A stretch of DNA of 64,000 nt from Schizochytrium sp. TIO01 (taxonomy: Eukaryota > Protista > Bigyra: Labyrinthulomycetes). The translations under genes and the position numbers were made by a program. The stretch spans positions 2,976,001-3,040,000 of the forward strand of contig SMSO01000032.1 in NCBI GenBank assembly GCA_004764695.1, given 5' to 3'. Shown one piece after another: positions 45,711 to 56,434 of this stretch (positions within the stretch are counted from its first letter, which is position 1; each line of letters opens with the position of its first letter). The notes beneath the pieces are model-generated. The model had not been told where the DNA came from. It searched no databases and saw only the letters and a program-made list of their open reading frames with translations.

Positions 45711-45866
45711 GGACTGCCGCGTTCACATTCCGAATTGTTTCGTTTCGTTTCGATTTAGGCACAATGAGGACAAAACTAAACTAATTCAGGGCTGCCGCTT
45801 TCACTTTCCAGATTGTTTTTCGTTTCGTTTCGGTTTAGAAACAACGAGGACAAAATAAAACCGAGC
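45711..45866. repeat. Two-copy ~78-bp imperfect tandem repeat
   Basis: Units start at 45711 (ggactgccgcgttcacattcc...ttcgtttcgtttcg...acaatgaggacaaaa) and 45789 (gggctgccgctttcactttcc...ttcgtttcgtttcg...acaacgaggacaaaa). Confidence 0.88.
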
Positions 45867-47569
45867 CAAGCTTTCATACACATGGTTTTTCCTGAGATGC
45901 GCTCAAAGTTAAGATATAAACTATCGCCCTTGGAAGTGTGCTCGAACGTAGTTTAGTGTTTGTATTGGTGCTGTGATGAGCAACAAACATAAAGCAATGA
46001 CAGAAACGAAATCGTCCGCTAACTTCTACATTAGGTCGGGGCAACGGGATCGTGCTTCAAAGTTTCTGTACCACTTGCTTACTTATTTTTGGAAAGAGTT
46101 ACAAGTAGCGGTAGTACCCATACCCATGCAAAAGCTATCTGATAATTATTTCCCATATGAAATTTATTCATTTAATATTTGTACGAGTTAGGTAACAATG
46201 CTGCTGGTTTGGCGCACTTAAAGGCAAATAGAAGGTCAGTATGGGCGAACAAGTCTAGGGACGTTGTAGCAGATTAAGGCGTGCCTTTGCTGCAAAGTAT
46301 CTTTGAAAGTTTCCACGAAAGCCAACAAGATGGCCTTTCCATATGATATCTTGAGTTTCATCCGTGAAGTGTCTAACTGAATGCGCAGAATAGACATTTT
46401 GTGTATAATTCAGATCCAGACGAAGGGGGCTTTTTATAGCTGATGTTTCGAAACTCAAGCTGCAGACTTTGAGATAAAACATATGCAGGGTTCTCCAGGT
46501 GCAACTACGATAGGCTGCTTGGCAAGCTTATTAAAAGAGCTGGGAAACAAGAATGTCTCAGGTCACGGTTGATCGAATGAGCATGGCAAAGGACACCATA
46601 ATTTGGGGAACACCATATACCTTTCTGCAGCCATGTGACAAGCCAAGATTCCTTGTAGTGCCTAAATTTGAAGCTGCTCGGTTCTAGCCTCATGTCAAGT
46701 TCTCTTAAGAACCTAGGCCGTTTGGCCACTCTTATTTATCAGATATTTGCCTTGAGTTTCTACCAAAGTGAAATCCTGTGACTGCCAGAAAAGAATCAAG
46801 TCAGAGTATGCAATTCCCCGTACTTTAGTAGGTTAGCAGACGGTTCTTTGGGATGAGCAAAGAACCAAGTACTAAGTAGGCTCCTGCTGCCTGTCTATCG
46901 CCATGTTTGGGTGTATCAAGCGTCCCAGTATTACCGCCTAAGCTGATCCTAGTCAATTTCCTCCGAGCCCTCACAGCCAACAATATGCAGGCAGAGACTC
47001 AGAGGAATCAAATGCGAAAAAGAGAAAAAAAAAAGAAAGAAAGGAAGAAAGAAAGAAAGGAAAGAAGAGAGCACCTTTCTGCTATGAAATGTCCACAGAA
47101 AGAAGAACAACTTGAACTTGAAGCGTGCAAGATGTTGAAGGAGAACTAAGAAACTAGCCTGAAAGAGCTTCATACCCAATAAGCGATAGTTTTGGCTTCG
47201 ACTTGGGCTTCTGCCCAAGTTCATAGATTTCAAAACCAAGCTGATGTATTTATTTGTAGGCCTAGCCAAATTTGCTGACTCGGGAGGTAGAGTGAGGTAG
47301 GGAGCATATCCAACAGCACGCAGTATTAATGGTGGTAAATAACATCAAGAAGATAGTGGGAGCCTAGGTAGTATAGCTTCTACCTAGCTAGGCAAGCACC
47401 TAATATCTAAGAAGAAGACGAGGAAGTGAGAGTGGCTGAGTGGTTCATGTCACTATTCATTCATTTCTTGAAGCTTTTGAAAGAAAAACAGTCTTAAACA
47501 TGTTTTTCATTTAGTCTTCCCTGTGTATTACTAATAAGTGGCTTTCAATTAAAAAACCCAAAACTAGCA

Positions 47570-47790
47570 AATAAATAAATAAATAAATAAATAGATAAAT
47601 AAATAAATGAAAAAATGAGAATTGAACAAAGGCCTAGCACCTGTTACCTGGGTTCTAGGCGTACCTCAGATAGATAGCAACTACTAGGTGTAGGTGCCTA
47701 GGTAATATATATATATGTAATCTATCTCTATCCCTCTATCTCTCTATCTCTCTATCTCTCTATCTCTCTATCCCTCTATCTCTCTCTCTA
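47570..47790. repeat. (TAAA)n at 47570-47608 and (TCTCTATC)n at 47721-47790, upstream of eIF5B
   Basis: Read directly. Confidence 0.85.
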
Positions 47791-48113
47791 GGCTACTGTT
47801 AGTAGCCACTAGCTGACTGATAGATTGATTTGAGAAGAAGAGAGAGAGAGTGAGGGAGGAAAGCAAAGCAAAGGGAAGGAAAGGCTGTGCGATCGCTCCA
47901 TCGATCACTCACTCACTCACTCACTCAATCAATCACTCACTCAATCACTCAGTCGATCCATCGAGGGATCGAAGCAAACGCTGGAGGAGCGACTGACAGA
48001 CAAAGCCAGTGCTTGCCTGGGCTTGCTTTGGAGCGAACACGAGCACGCGGCAGACGGGCAGGCGCTTTTGCGAGTCCGCCAGAGCGGAGTAGCAGAAGAC
48101 AGGACACGACAAG

Positions 48114-51100
48114 ATGGCGGATGACCCTGCCGCAGCAGCGGCGGCCTTCTTAGCCGGTCTGGGCGCTCCTGCTGCCGGTGGCGGTGGAGGCAACAAGAAG
48201 AAGAACAAGAAGAAGGGCAAGAAGGCAGCCAATGACAGCGCTGCGCAAGAAGAGCAAGAGCAAGAGCAAGATGCGGGAAAGCAAGAGCAAGACGAGCAGC
48301 AAGAAGTTGCGGAAGAGCAGCAGGGCGGAGCCGTGGACGACGAGCAGGCTCGCATCATGGCGCAGCTTGGTCTGAGCGCGGACGCTGGCGAGGGTGGCAA
48401 CAAAAAGAACAACAAGAAGAAAAAGAAGAAGAAGGGAGGTGCCGCCGAAGAGACAGCTGCTGCTCCTGCAGCCAAAAGCACAGGCGCTGGAGGCCCACCG
48501 CTCTCCGCCGCCGCTCGCAGGGCTAGAGAGCACCTAGAGCGAGAGCGCGCAGAGGCTGAGAGACGCGCTGCAGAAGAGGCTGAGAGGAAGCAGAAGGAGG
48601 AAGAGGAAGAGGCCAAAAGAATCAAGGAGGAGCAGGAAGAGGCCGAGAAGCGCGAGCAGAAGAAGCAGAGGGAGAAGGAGAAGAAGGAGAGACTCCGCGC
48701 GGAAGGAAAAGCAGTCACCAAGGCAGAAAAGGCAAGAGAGGCCAAGGCTGCAGCAGCAAGACAGCGTCTCATCGCATCAGGACTTGTAAAGGTCGATGAT
48801 GATGGAAACATCATTGAACCTGCCGCAAAGCAGAAGCCCGTCTACGGCAAACGCAAGAACAACAAGGCCAAAGAGCAGCAGCAGCAGCTGGAGGAGCAGA
48901 ACGAGCAGGAGGACAGCGACAACAAGGAAGAGGCTCCCGAGCCAGAGAAGGCACCCGCAGATGTACCCTCAGCGGCGCCGACGGACACAGCAGCAGCAGC
49001 AGCAGCAGCAAACACAGAAATGGAGGCCACAGAGGAAGCAGACACAGCCGCAGAGGCACCCGCAGCGGCTGATGAATGGGATGCCGAAGAAGGCGACGAA
49101 GATAAAGAAGTTGCGGAACCCGAGGCGGCCCTTGACGACTGGGATGCAAGCGACGACGACTGGGAAAATGTGCTGGATGAACAGGTGACAACCAAGCTGC
49201 AGATCGACGACGAGGAGGTCGTTGAGGATGAGGCTGAGGAAATTCGACGCGCTGCAGCAGCAGCACCATCGGAGCCAGCGCGAGCAGCAGAGCCCAAGAA
49301 GAAGGGAGGCAAGAAAAAGAAGAAGGGTGGCAAGAAGAAACAGACCAGTAGCAACAACTACAACAAGGGCGGTGATGACAGCGATGATGACGACTACAGT
49401 GATAGTGACGATGACGAAGGTCACGGAGGCAAGATGTCGGGCGCAGTTCGCGTGCGCATGAAGGAGATCGAAAAAGAGCGCGAGATTGAGGCCGCCCGTG
49501 AACGTCGCGAAGAACGCATGCGCGAGGCGCTCAAGAACCGTGACCCGAACGACCTGCGGTCGCCCGTGTGTGTGGTGATGGGACACGTAGATACTGGCAA
49601 GACCAAGCTCCTGGATAAGATCCGGCGTACCAACGTCCAGGAGGGCGAGGCTGGTGGTATTACGCAGCAGATTGGTGCTACATACTTTCCCATGGACAAC
49701 TTGCGCAACATTACTGAGCGCCTTAACAAAGATCTCAGCATCGACGTCAAGCTTCCGGGACTGCTCGTGATTGACACACCAGGTCACGAGTCCTTCGCTA
49801 ATTTGCGCAACCGTGGTAGTTCCAGCGCTAACGTCGCTGTTCTCGTGGTTGATATTATGCACGGCCTCGAGCAGCAGACCCTGGAGTCCATCAAAATGCT
49901 TCGTGCCAAACGTGTCCCTTTCGTGGTGGCTCTCAACAAGATTGATCGTTGCTACGGATGGAAACCCATTCTTGGCGCGCCCATCCGCGAGTCCCTCGCC
50001 CAGCAGGACGAGAATGTCTTCTCTGAGTTTGAGCGCCGCACGCAGCAAGTTATCACGCAGCTCATGGAACAGGGTCTCAACTCCAAGCTCTACTATGAAA
50101 ACAAAAAGTTCAAGCAGGTTGTCTCCCTTGTGCCCACCTCAGCGCACACCGGAGAGGGTATTCCCGATCTCTTGCTCGTTCTTCTCACGCTCACGCAGCG
50201 CCTCATGGTGGACCAGCTTATGTTCTCACCCATCTGTGAGGCTACAGTCCTTGACGTAAAGAAGATTGAAGGTGTTGGTACCACTATCGACGTCTTGCTC
50301 TTGAACGGTAAACTTCGTCGCGGTGACACTATTGTTGTGGCTGGTATGAATGGTCCTATCGAAACGCAGATCAGAGCTCTGCTTACGCCCCAGCCTGCTA
50401 AGGAAATGCGAGTGAAGGGCGAGTTTGTACACCACGAGGAGCTCCGTGCTGCAATGGGTGTCAAGATTGCTGGTCAGAATCTTGAGGATGCCATTGCAGG
50501 TACTAGTTTATACCTCGTCACTGATGATGATGATGTGGATGAACTTAAGGAGACTGTCATGGAGGATGTTGAGCAGATTATGGGCAACGTCTCTGTCACT
50601 GGTCGTGGTGTTTCTGTCCAGGCCTCAACAATTGGTTCTCTTGAGGCCCTCATGGAGTTCCTGCGCACCAGCGATATTCCCGTCGCGTCGGTTCAGATTG
50701 GCCCTGTCCACAAGAGAGACGTTAGCCGCGCATCTATTATGCTTGAACATGAGAAGGAGTATGCATGTATCCTTGCTTTTGATGTCAAGGTTTCCCGTGA
50801 AGCCCAGGAAATGGCTGAAGACCTTGGCGTAAAAATCTTTACGGCTGACATCATCTACCATCTCTTCGACCACTTTACCAAGTACCTCGAGGAGGTTCGT
50901 AACGAGCGCAAGTCTGAGGTCGAAGCTGAGGCTGTCTTTCCCTGCGTGCTCAAGATCATCCCTGAGCATGTTTTTATGAAGCGCAACCCCCTTGTTTTTG
51001 GTGTCGAGGTTGAAAGCGGCATTGTTAAGGTTGGAACACCTCTCGTAGTCCCCGACAAAATGGTACCCGATGATGCAAACCCTGGACAAAATAAGATGCT

Positions 51101-51365
51101 TTCTCTCGGAAAGATTATTTCTATCGAGAAGGATGGTGCTCCTGTGAACACGTCTGGCCGTGGTACCAAGGTAGCCGTCAAAATCCAGGGCAACAGCTCT
51201 CAGTCTTACGTCACATATGGTCGTCACTTTGACCACACGAACTCCCTCGTTTCCCAACTTTCTCGTAAGTCAATTGATCTTCTCAAGGCAAACTTCAAGA
51301 ATGACCTCCAGAGGCCCGACTGGGAGCTTGTTATCAAACTCAAGAAGGTATTTGACATTGCGTAA
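48114..51365 (+). CDS. EIF5B: Eukaryotic translation initiation factor 5B
   Basis: LRSPVCVVMGHVDTGKTKLLD, GEAGGITQQIGATYFP, IDTPGHESF, NKID, SAHTGEG, ADIIYHLFD, SRKSIDLLK; long K/E/D-rich N-terminus typical of the family. Confidence 0.98.
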   Translation: MADDPAAAAAAFLAGLGAPAAGGGGGNKKKNKKKGKKAANDSAAQEEQEQEQDAGKQEQDEQQEVAEEQQGGAVDDEQARIMAQLGLSADAGEGGNKKNNKKKKKKKGGAAEETAAAPAAKSTGAGGPPLSAAARRAREHLERERAEAERRAAEEAERKQKEEEEEAKRIKEEQEEAEKREQKKQREKEKKERLRAEGKAVTKAEKAREAKAAAARQRLIASGLVKVDDDGNIIEPAAKQKPVYGKRKNNKAKEQQQQLEEQNEQEDSDNKEEAPEPEKAPADVPSAAPTDTAAAAAAANTEMEATEEADTAAEAPAAADEWDAEEGDEDKEVAEPEAALDDWDASDDDWENVLDEQVTTKLQIDDEEVVEDEAEEIRRAAAAAPSEPARAAEPKKKGGKKKKKGGKKKQTSSNNYNKGGDDSDDDDYSDSDDDEGHGGKMSGAVRVRMKEIEKEREIEAARERREERMREALKNRDPNDLRSPVCVVMGHVDTGKTKLLDKIRRTNVQEGEAGGITQQIGATYFPMDNLRNITERLNKDLSIDVKLPGLLVIDTPGHESFANLRNRGSSSANVAVLVVDIMHGLEQQTLESIKMLRAKRVPFVVALNKIDRCYGWKPILGAPIRESLAQQDENVFSEFERRTQQVITQLMEQGLNSKLYYENKKFKQVVSLVPTSAHTGEGIPDLLLVLLTLTQRLMVDQLMFSPICEATVLDVKKIEGVGTTIDVLLLNGKLRRGDTIVVAGMNGPIETQIRALLTPQPAKEMRVKGEFVHHEELRAAMGVKIAGQNLEDAIAGTSLYLVTDDDDVDELKETVMEDVEQIMGNVSVTGRGVSVQASTIGSLEALMEFLRTSDIPVASVQIGPVHKRDVSRASIMLEHEKEYACILAFDVKVSREAQEMAEDLGVKIFTADIIYHLFDHFTKYLEEVRNERKSEVEAEAVFPCVLKIIPEHVFMKRNPLVFGVEVESGIVKVGTPLVVPDKMVPDDANPGQNKMLSLGKIISIEKDGAPVNTSGRGTKVAVKIQGNSSQSYVTYGRHFDHTNSLVSQLSRKSIDLLKANFKNDLQRPDWELVIKLKKVFDIA

Positions 51366-52836
51366 GGGGAAAAGAGAAGAAAGCCAAGAGCGAAATGCGA
51401 TGATAGAAATTGTTACAACCTAAATCCTTTATATCTCCCACCAAATCTATCGCCTTCTTTCTAAAATACATCAACAAAAATAAAAGAAAAGCAAAACATG
51501 AGATATTAGCACTTCTACCTTTCCGAGTCTGGTATTTATTATTTTCGGTAGAGGTACCTTCAAGGTGCTAATGGCATAACATTTGTGAAGCCAAACCAAA
51601 CATTGTGGTTTCTTGAAATGCTTGTTTGCTTGCTTGATCGATAGTTTGACTAATTATTACCTTACGCAACTTATGAGGCACACCAAACGTACACGGTATT
51701 ATTATTCTATTTTTCAACTTGAAGTAAAAGGATTGACAAGATTAACCTCTGACTACTAAAAGTAATTTGCAGGGCCCCTTCTCTTTTAATTAAACTTATT
51801 CAGGCCTATATAATAACTTGAATATTTTTATCTGATTTTAAAAACAAACTTTAAATTAGAAAAAAAAAATTAAAAATATATATATATATAGAGAGAGAGA
51901 GGGGATATATTCCATTACTCACTGGGAAAACATATAAAACTTGTAGAGCTTGGCACCTAAGAATAGAAATTCACATTACACAAGCTTGTATTTTGTTGTT
52001 GTGGTTGTTGTGGTTGTTGTTTTGTTATTTTGTTTCCGAAAGGTGGAGTTTCGTAGAAGACCTACTTCAGCTTCTCTAATTTTGCAATGTATAGAGATAT
52101 GAGCAGCAACTGGTACCTAATACTAAGTATTTAGTGTAAAACTTGAAAACCTAGATACCTCTAGAGGATGGTAACCTAGGCTTACTTGATGTGGTATGCA
52201 AGGTACCAAGGTGCATAATGCTAGGCATAGCTGCTGCTGGTGATGTTGGTGAATGGCTGAAAAATTAAATGTATTTCCTACTATGAATGATAACCCTGTC
52301 GGTTCTTGCTAAAACAATCATAATGAATGAGAGTGGTGGGTGGGTGGGGAAAGGAATAGTGTACGACTACTACCTAGGTGCCTACATAATGAATAGACTT
52401 AGTTAAAAATTGACAGCGAAAGAGGTGAGAACTCCTGCGTCATCGATGGGCGACATGGAGAATTCTATTTGGCACGAACGGATTACGCCTGCTACACTAG
52501 GTGCGTGGTTGTAGCGTCAAGGAGGAGCACATCGATAGTTTCATTGGCATTAACTCACCATTCGCATAGCAAGACTGCCACGCTCTCGTCGAAAGTAAAC
52601 TAAGACATATCGGTGCCCAAGGAAGTTCAAGCTCAGGCATGTTGGTTTCAAGTGTCTGGCTGGTAAACTCGTGTGCTTAAATACAACATTGACTGTCGCA
52701 TAGTACCTGAAAAGTTGCCTTTTAGAGCACAGCGCAGTAGTGCTGCAGCTCACATACATTAAGAGTTAGTTGTTTGGGGAAAAGCAAAAGCAACACAAGC
52801 AAAACTAGGAGCAACGAAAACAGTATAACAAATAGA

Positions 52837-54582
52837 ATGGCGCCAAAATTCCAAGACCTTGTCGTGCGTTTTGATGGCGAGAATGGAAATTTGTCAATAT
52901 TCGATTTTGTGGACTCGTTGGGGCTTGTAAACTTCGCGCAGACGTCTCGGTCATCATACTTCTGTGCTAATGCAGTAGCACGACGCCGACTTGGCTTTAA
53001 CGGGCGAGAGGGAAACCCAAGTGACCAATGTTCTGGAGGTTTCATTCGAAGGCTCAGGCGACATGAAATACTCCATGAAACAGCAAGCCCAGCTGGTATG
53101 CGCTACGTGGCTGCCGGAGCTTACCACTCAGTTTACATTGTTCCAAGTCTCTCTTCTGCTCCAGATATGATTTTAGGTATGGGTGATGGTGTTTTAGGTC
53201 GCCTCGGTGAAGCCAATTCTGAGAAATCAAGATGGTCCCCTCTGTGGTATCCTACCATGGTTTTTCCTGGAGTTCAGGCCAAATTGATCAAACAGGTTAC
53301 GTGTGGGTACCATCATACAGCCTTCCTTATGTCCGATGGAAGTCTTTACATTTATGGAGTTGTAGGAAGACAAGCATTTATAACACAAGCACTAGACTCA
53401 ACTGCTCACGGAGAGTCCTTATATTCGCCCAGTCGTGTTCAATATATCCCGCCTGAGCATAAAGCAAGTAGGCCTCTTCAAATTAGTTCTGGTAGTTCTA
53501 CACTTGCGTGGGTAACGGCTTCAGGTGAAGTCATAATTCATACTACATCCGGCTTCAGACCTTTCCGTGTTCGGGCATTTGGGGACCATAAAGAGCTGCA
53601 ATTTGGGAAAGCTACTCAGGTTTCATGCGGCGCACGGCATATTGCTGTTGTGAACTCTTTCGGGCAACTGTTCACTTGGGGATGGAATCAGCACGGCCAG
53701 CTCGGCCACGGCAATACAATAAATGAGTTAGGACCCCGTCAGGTTATATTCCCTGACAAGATCTCAGAGAACGTTCGCATTGTCGCTTGCGCGACCGGAA
53801 CCAAGCATACAGCGGCATTGAGTGATAGAGGCCATCTTTATCTTTTTGGTGATGGCTCATCGGGCCAGCTGGGTCAAAATGACCTATCCCCACGCACCCG
53901 TCCAACGCGCTGCACTGCAGGAGTACTCTCGGAACGAACTGTATCTCAAGTAGTTTGTGGAGAAACATTCACCGCGGTGCTCACGAACAAAGGGGAAGTA
54001 GTTGTTTTAGGAAAGTTTGAAGGCGTTCATGATCACGAACATCCAGACAGCCACTCTCAGTATACAGCTGAAGAATCAGTACATGCCTCAAATTTGAGGT
54101 CGATGCAGGTACAAATTCCAGCCCAACATTACAGACTATATTTCTATGAAGGTGGATGTGAAGCAGCTCAACTTGCTGCAGGAAAGTCGCATCTTCTTGT
54201 TCGGCTCGACAACAACCACACTGTTACATATGGTGTTGGGAAAACTGGACAATTGGGGCATGGTACTCTTACAAAACAACTTGACAGTTTTAAGAACTTG
54301 TCTGCGACTCCTCCTGCTACTCTTTTTCAAACAATTTTGTGCAAGCTATGTAAATGGTTCAAGGTTTATCAAAGAAGGTGGCAGCAAACTCAAAATCCTA
54401 AACTTGATGGAGAGCAACGCCTTAAAGTTGCAGGACAGCTTTTTAAATATCACCGATTCTTCAGGAAAGTATTTATCCGTCAATGGATGGTCGCACTACC
54501 TTTAGGGTTACTGCTTGGTCTGCGAACCTTGAAAACGATTATTTTAATCGTCAAATGGTTTGCTTTCTATCCAATCTTTTGA
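52837..54582 (+). CDS. RCC1-repeat (beta-propeller) protein with N-terminal F-box-like segment and C-terminal hydrophobic helix
   Basis: RCC1 repeats VAAGAYHS, VTCGYHHT, VSCGARH...LFTWGWNQHGQLGHG, ATGTKHT...FGDGSSGQLG, VVCGETFT, AAGKSH...YGVGKTGQLGHG. First ATG at 52837. Confidence 0.88.
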   Translation: MAPKFQDLVVRFDGENGNLSIFDFVDSLGLVNFAQTSRSSYFCANAVARRRLGFNGREGNPSDQCSGGFIRRLRRHEILHETASPAGMRYVAAGAYHSVYIVPSLSSAPDMILGMGDGVLGRLGEANSEKSRWSPLWYPTMVFPGVQAKLIKQVTCGYHHTAFLMSDGSLYIYGVVGRQAFITQALDSTAHGESLYSPSRVQYIPPEHKASRPLQISSGSSTLAWVTASGEVIIHTTSGFRPFRVRAFGDHKELQFGKATQVSCGARHIAVVNSFGQLFTWGWNQHGQLGHGNTINELGPRQVIFPDKISENVRIVACATGTKHTAALSDRGHLYLFGDGSSGQLGQNDLSPRTRPTRCTAGVLSERTVSQVVCGETFTAVLTNKGEVVVLGKFEGVHDHEHPDSHSQYTAEESVHASNLRSMQVQIPAQHYRLYFYEGGCEAAQLAAGKSHLLVRLDNNHTVTYGVGKTGQLGHGTLTKQLDSFKNLSATPPATLFQTILCKLCKWFKVYQRRWQQTQNPKLDGEQRLKVAGQLFKYHRFFRKVFIRQWMVALPLGLLLGLRTLKTIILIVKWFAFYPIF

Positions 54583-54982
54583 CTCTGTGCAGTAGCACCT
54601 TGACTGATGTGCCCGATTTTATATGCACTCTAATGTGGATGAAGATTTTCAATACCCGGAATGTAGAAAAATATTAAAAACCATAATTTCCTTTATTTTT
54701 TCCGCAAACAAAGCTTTGAATATCAGGTGAGGACCAAACAGCACCATACCCAAGGGTCCTTACAAGTATGCTGATTGCTTTTCAAGATTAACTCCCTGAT
54801 CCAAGAAAAACACTAACACTCAAAACAGAAAAACTTTGTTATTTCTAATTTTTTAGTTGCCTTACTGAAGACATCCATAAGAGGGGTGAGCTACATAGGC
54901 CAATATGCTCAACTGGATAAGTGTGTTATAATTTCATGCATCCAACTCTCGCTTTCTTTACTGGCAGAAGAGCAAAAAGGGT

Positions 54983-56434
54983 TTAACGAAGAGGGCCAGT
55001 CTTCATTTTCCATGTAATTGGTCTCTTAAGGCTCTCTTGAAGATTAAACTTTGGGCGAGCCTTGACATCAGATTTCTGAGCAGACGATGCCGAGACACTT
55101 TTAGTAGCTGAAGGTGGCACCCTTGGCTGAACATTGGGTTTGCGTGCAGTCTTAGCCGTGGTTTTTGACACAGCTGGCCCGATCTTCTTATTTGCGATAG
55201 GGGTATTGGCTACATTGGCCCCACCAGATGAGCTGAGCGGCACACGAAGCTTTCTTGCAGACATCACTTCAGGATCCTCACCTCTCATTGAAGACGAAGT
55301 AGTCCCTGCATTGACACAAGTACCTAGATCATTTTCAGGACCTCTCTTGATCTTCACAGCTGATCGAGCCCCACGTTTATCCACGATTGATTTTTGAGAG
55401 TTGAAGAGCTTTGCATGAGCACGATCGAATCGTCCAGGGGTTTTACCGCGCTGAGGTCCCGAAACAGTGCTTCCAGCTTTGTGCACCATTTTCTTAGTCT
55501 TTGTATCTTGCATGTCAAGGTCGTGCGCGTCTGCTTTATCGTTACTGAGACGGCGACGCTTCGTGGTTTGTTCCTTTTCCTTTGAGATGGTCGCTGGCTG
55601 ATTGCCCTCAATGTTACGTGTGGATAGAGCAGAGGCTGGACGCTTAGTATCCCCACGCTTTGACATCTGTGCCTGCGTTTGGGTGGTTATATTAGTTACC
55701 TTGTTGGTTTTGGAAACTTGGGTCTTTGTAGGGACAGTGAGAGATTTTGATGGCTTTACAGCAGATCTGTTGGGCTTAACAGCAGCAAGGGTAGCACAGG
55801 ACTTAGTAGCTGGTTTCTTGCTCGATTTAATGATGGTAGATGTCGTCAGAGTGCTCGTTTGCTTCAAAGATTTGTTCTTTGGGCTAGCCAACGACTTTTC
55901 AGTTGGTAGAGACTTGTTCTTAGATAAACGCCCAGACCTCCGTCGAGACTGCGTGGTCTCTGGGTCATGCTCAGACTTTTCTGCAGATGCTTTTATAAGG
56001 TCGTTCACTAGTTTCGCTGCATTTCCACAAGTCTCAACAGACCTTTCATCCACGTCTGCATTTGTATCTACTATATCATCTTCATCCAGTAGTTCATCAC
56101 TTCCGTCAGCTTGGAGAGGCTCAGACCGAGGTTCATTTACAGATTCATTACTGTTGCCCGCGGGGTTCGCTCTTGTTATCGAAACATCTTGTCTTTCTTC
56201 AGTACGCCGTTCTAAGGATTTCTGGCAGCTTGGTTGCTCCAAAATGTTTTGATCGGTTGCTTGCATCTCCTCGTCTTCTTTAACGAGATCTTCATCATGC
56301 TTCACGTTTGCAGAATATATCTCTAAAAGTTGTTCAATGATGACAGCAGACTTTGCGTTTGCTTTTAAGCTATTTTCCTTCGCTAGAGCCTGGAGCTCCC
56401 GACGACCAAGAGATTCCAGCTCTTCACGCTTCAT
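54983..56434 (-). CDS. NuSAP-like (nucleolar and spindle-associated protein) microtubule/chromatin-binding protein with N-terminal SAP-like domain
   Basis: SAP-like LESLGRRELQALAKENSLKANAK; internal RFDRAHAKLFNSQKSI; C-terminal KFNLQESLKRPITWKMKTGPLR; basic low-complexity linker. Three motifs in NuSAP order, matched from recalled family sequence. Confidence 0.75.
   Translation of the reverse strand: MKREELESLGRRELQALAKENSLKANAKSAVIIEQLLEIYSANVKHDEDLVKEDEEMQATDQNILEQPSCQKSLERRTEERQDVSITRANPAGNSNESVNEPRSEPLQADGSDELLDEDDIVDTNADVDERSVETCGNAAKLVNDLIKASAEKSEHDPETTQSRRRSGRLSKNKSLPTEKSLASPKNKSLKQTSTLTTSTIIKSSKKPATKSCATLAAVKPNRSAVKPSKSLTVPTKTQVSKTNKVTNITTQTQAQMSKRGDTKRPASALSTRNIEGNQPATISKEKEQTTKRRRLSNDKADAHDLDMQDTKTKKMVHKAGSTVSGPQRGKTPGRFDRAHAKLFNSQKSIVDKRGARSAVKIKRGPENDLGTCVNAGTTSSSMRGEDPEVMSARKLRVPLSSSGGANVANTPIANKKIGPAVSKTTAKTARKPNVQPRVPPSATKSVSASSAQKSDVKARPKFNLQESLKRPITWKMKTGPLR

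Noticed and set aside
47945-51257. Several 120-360-aa minus-strand ORFs
   Set aside because: Antisense shadows of GC3-biased eIF5B.
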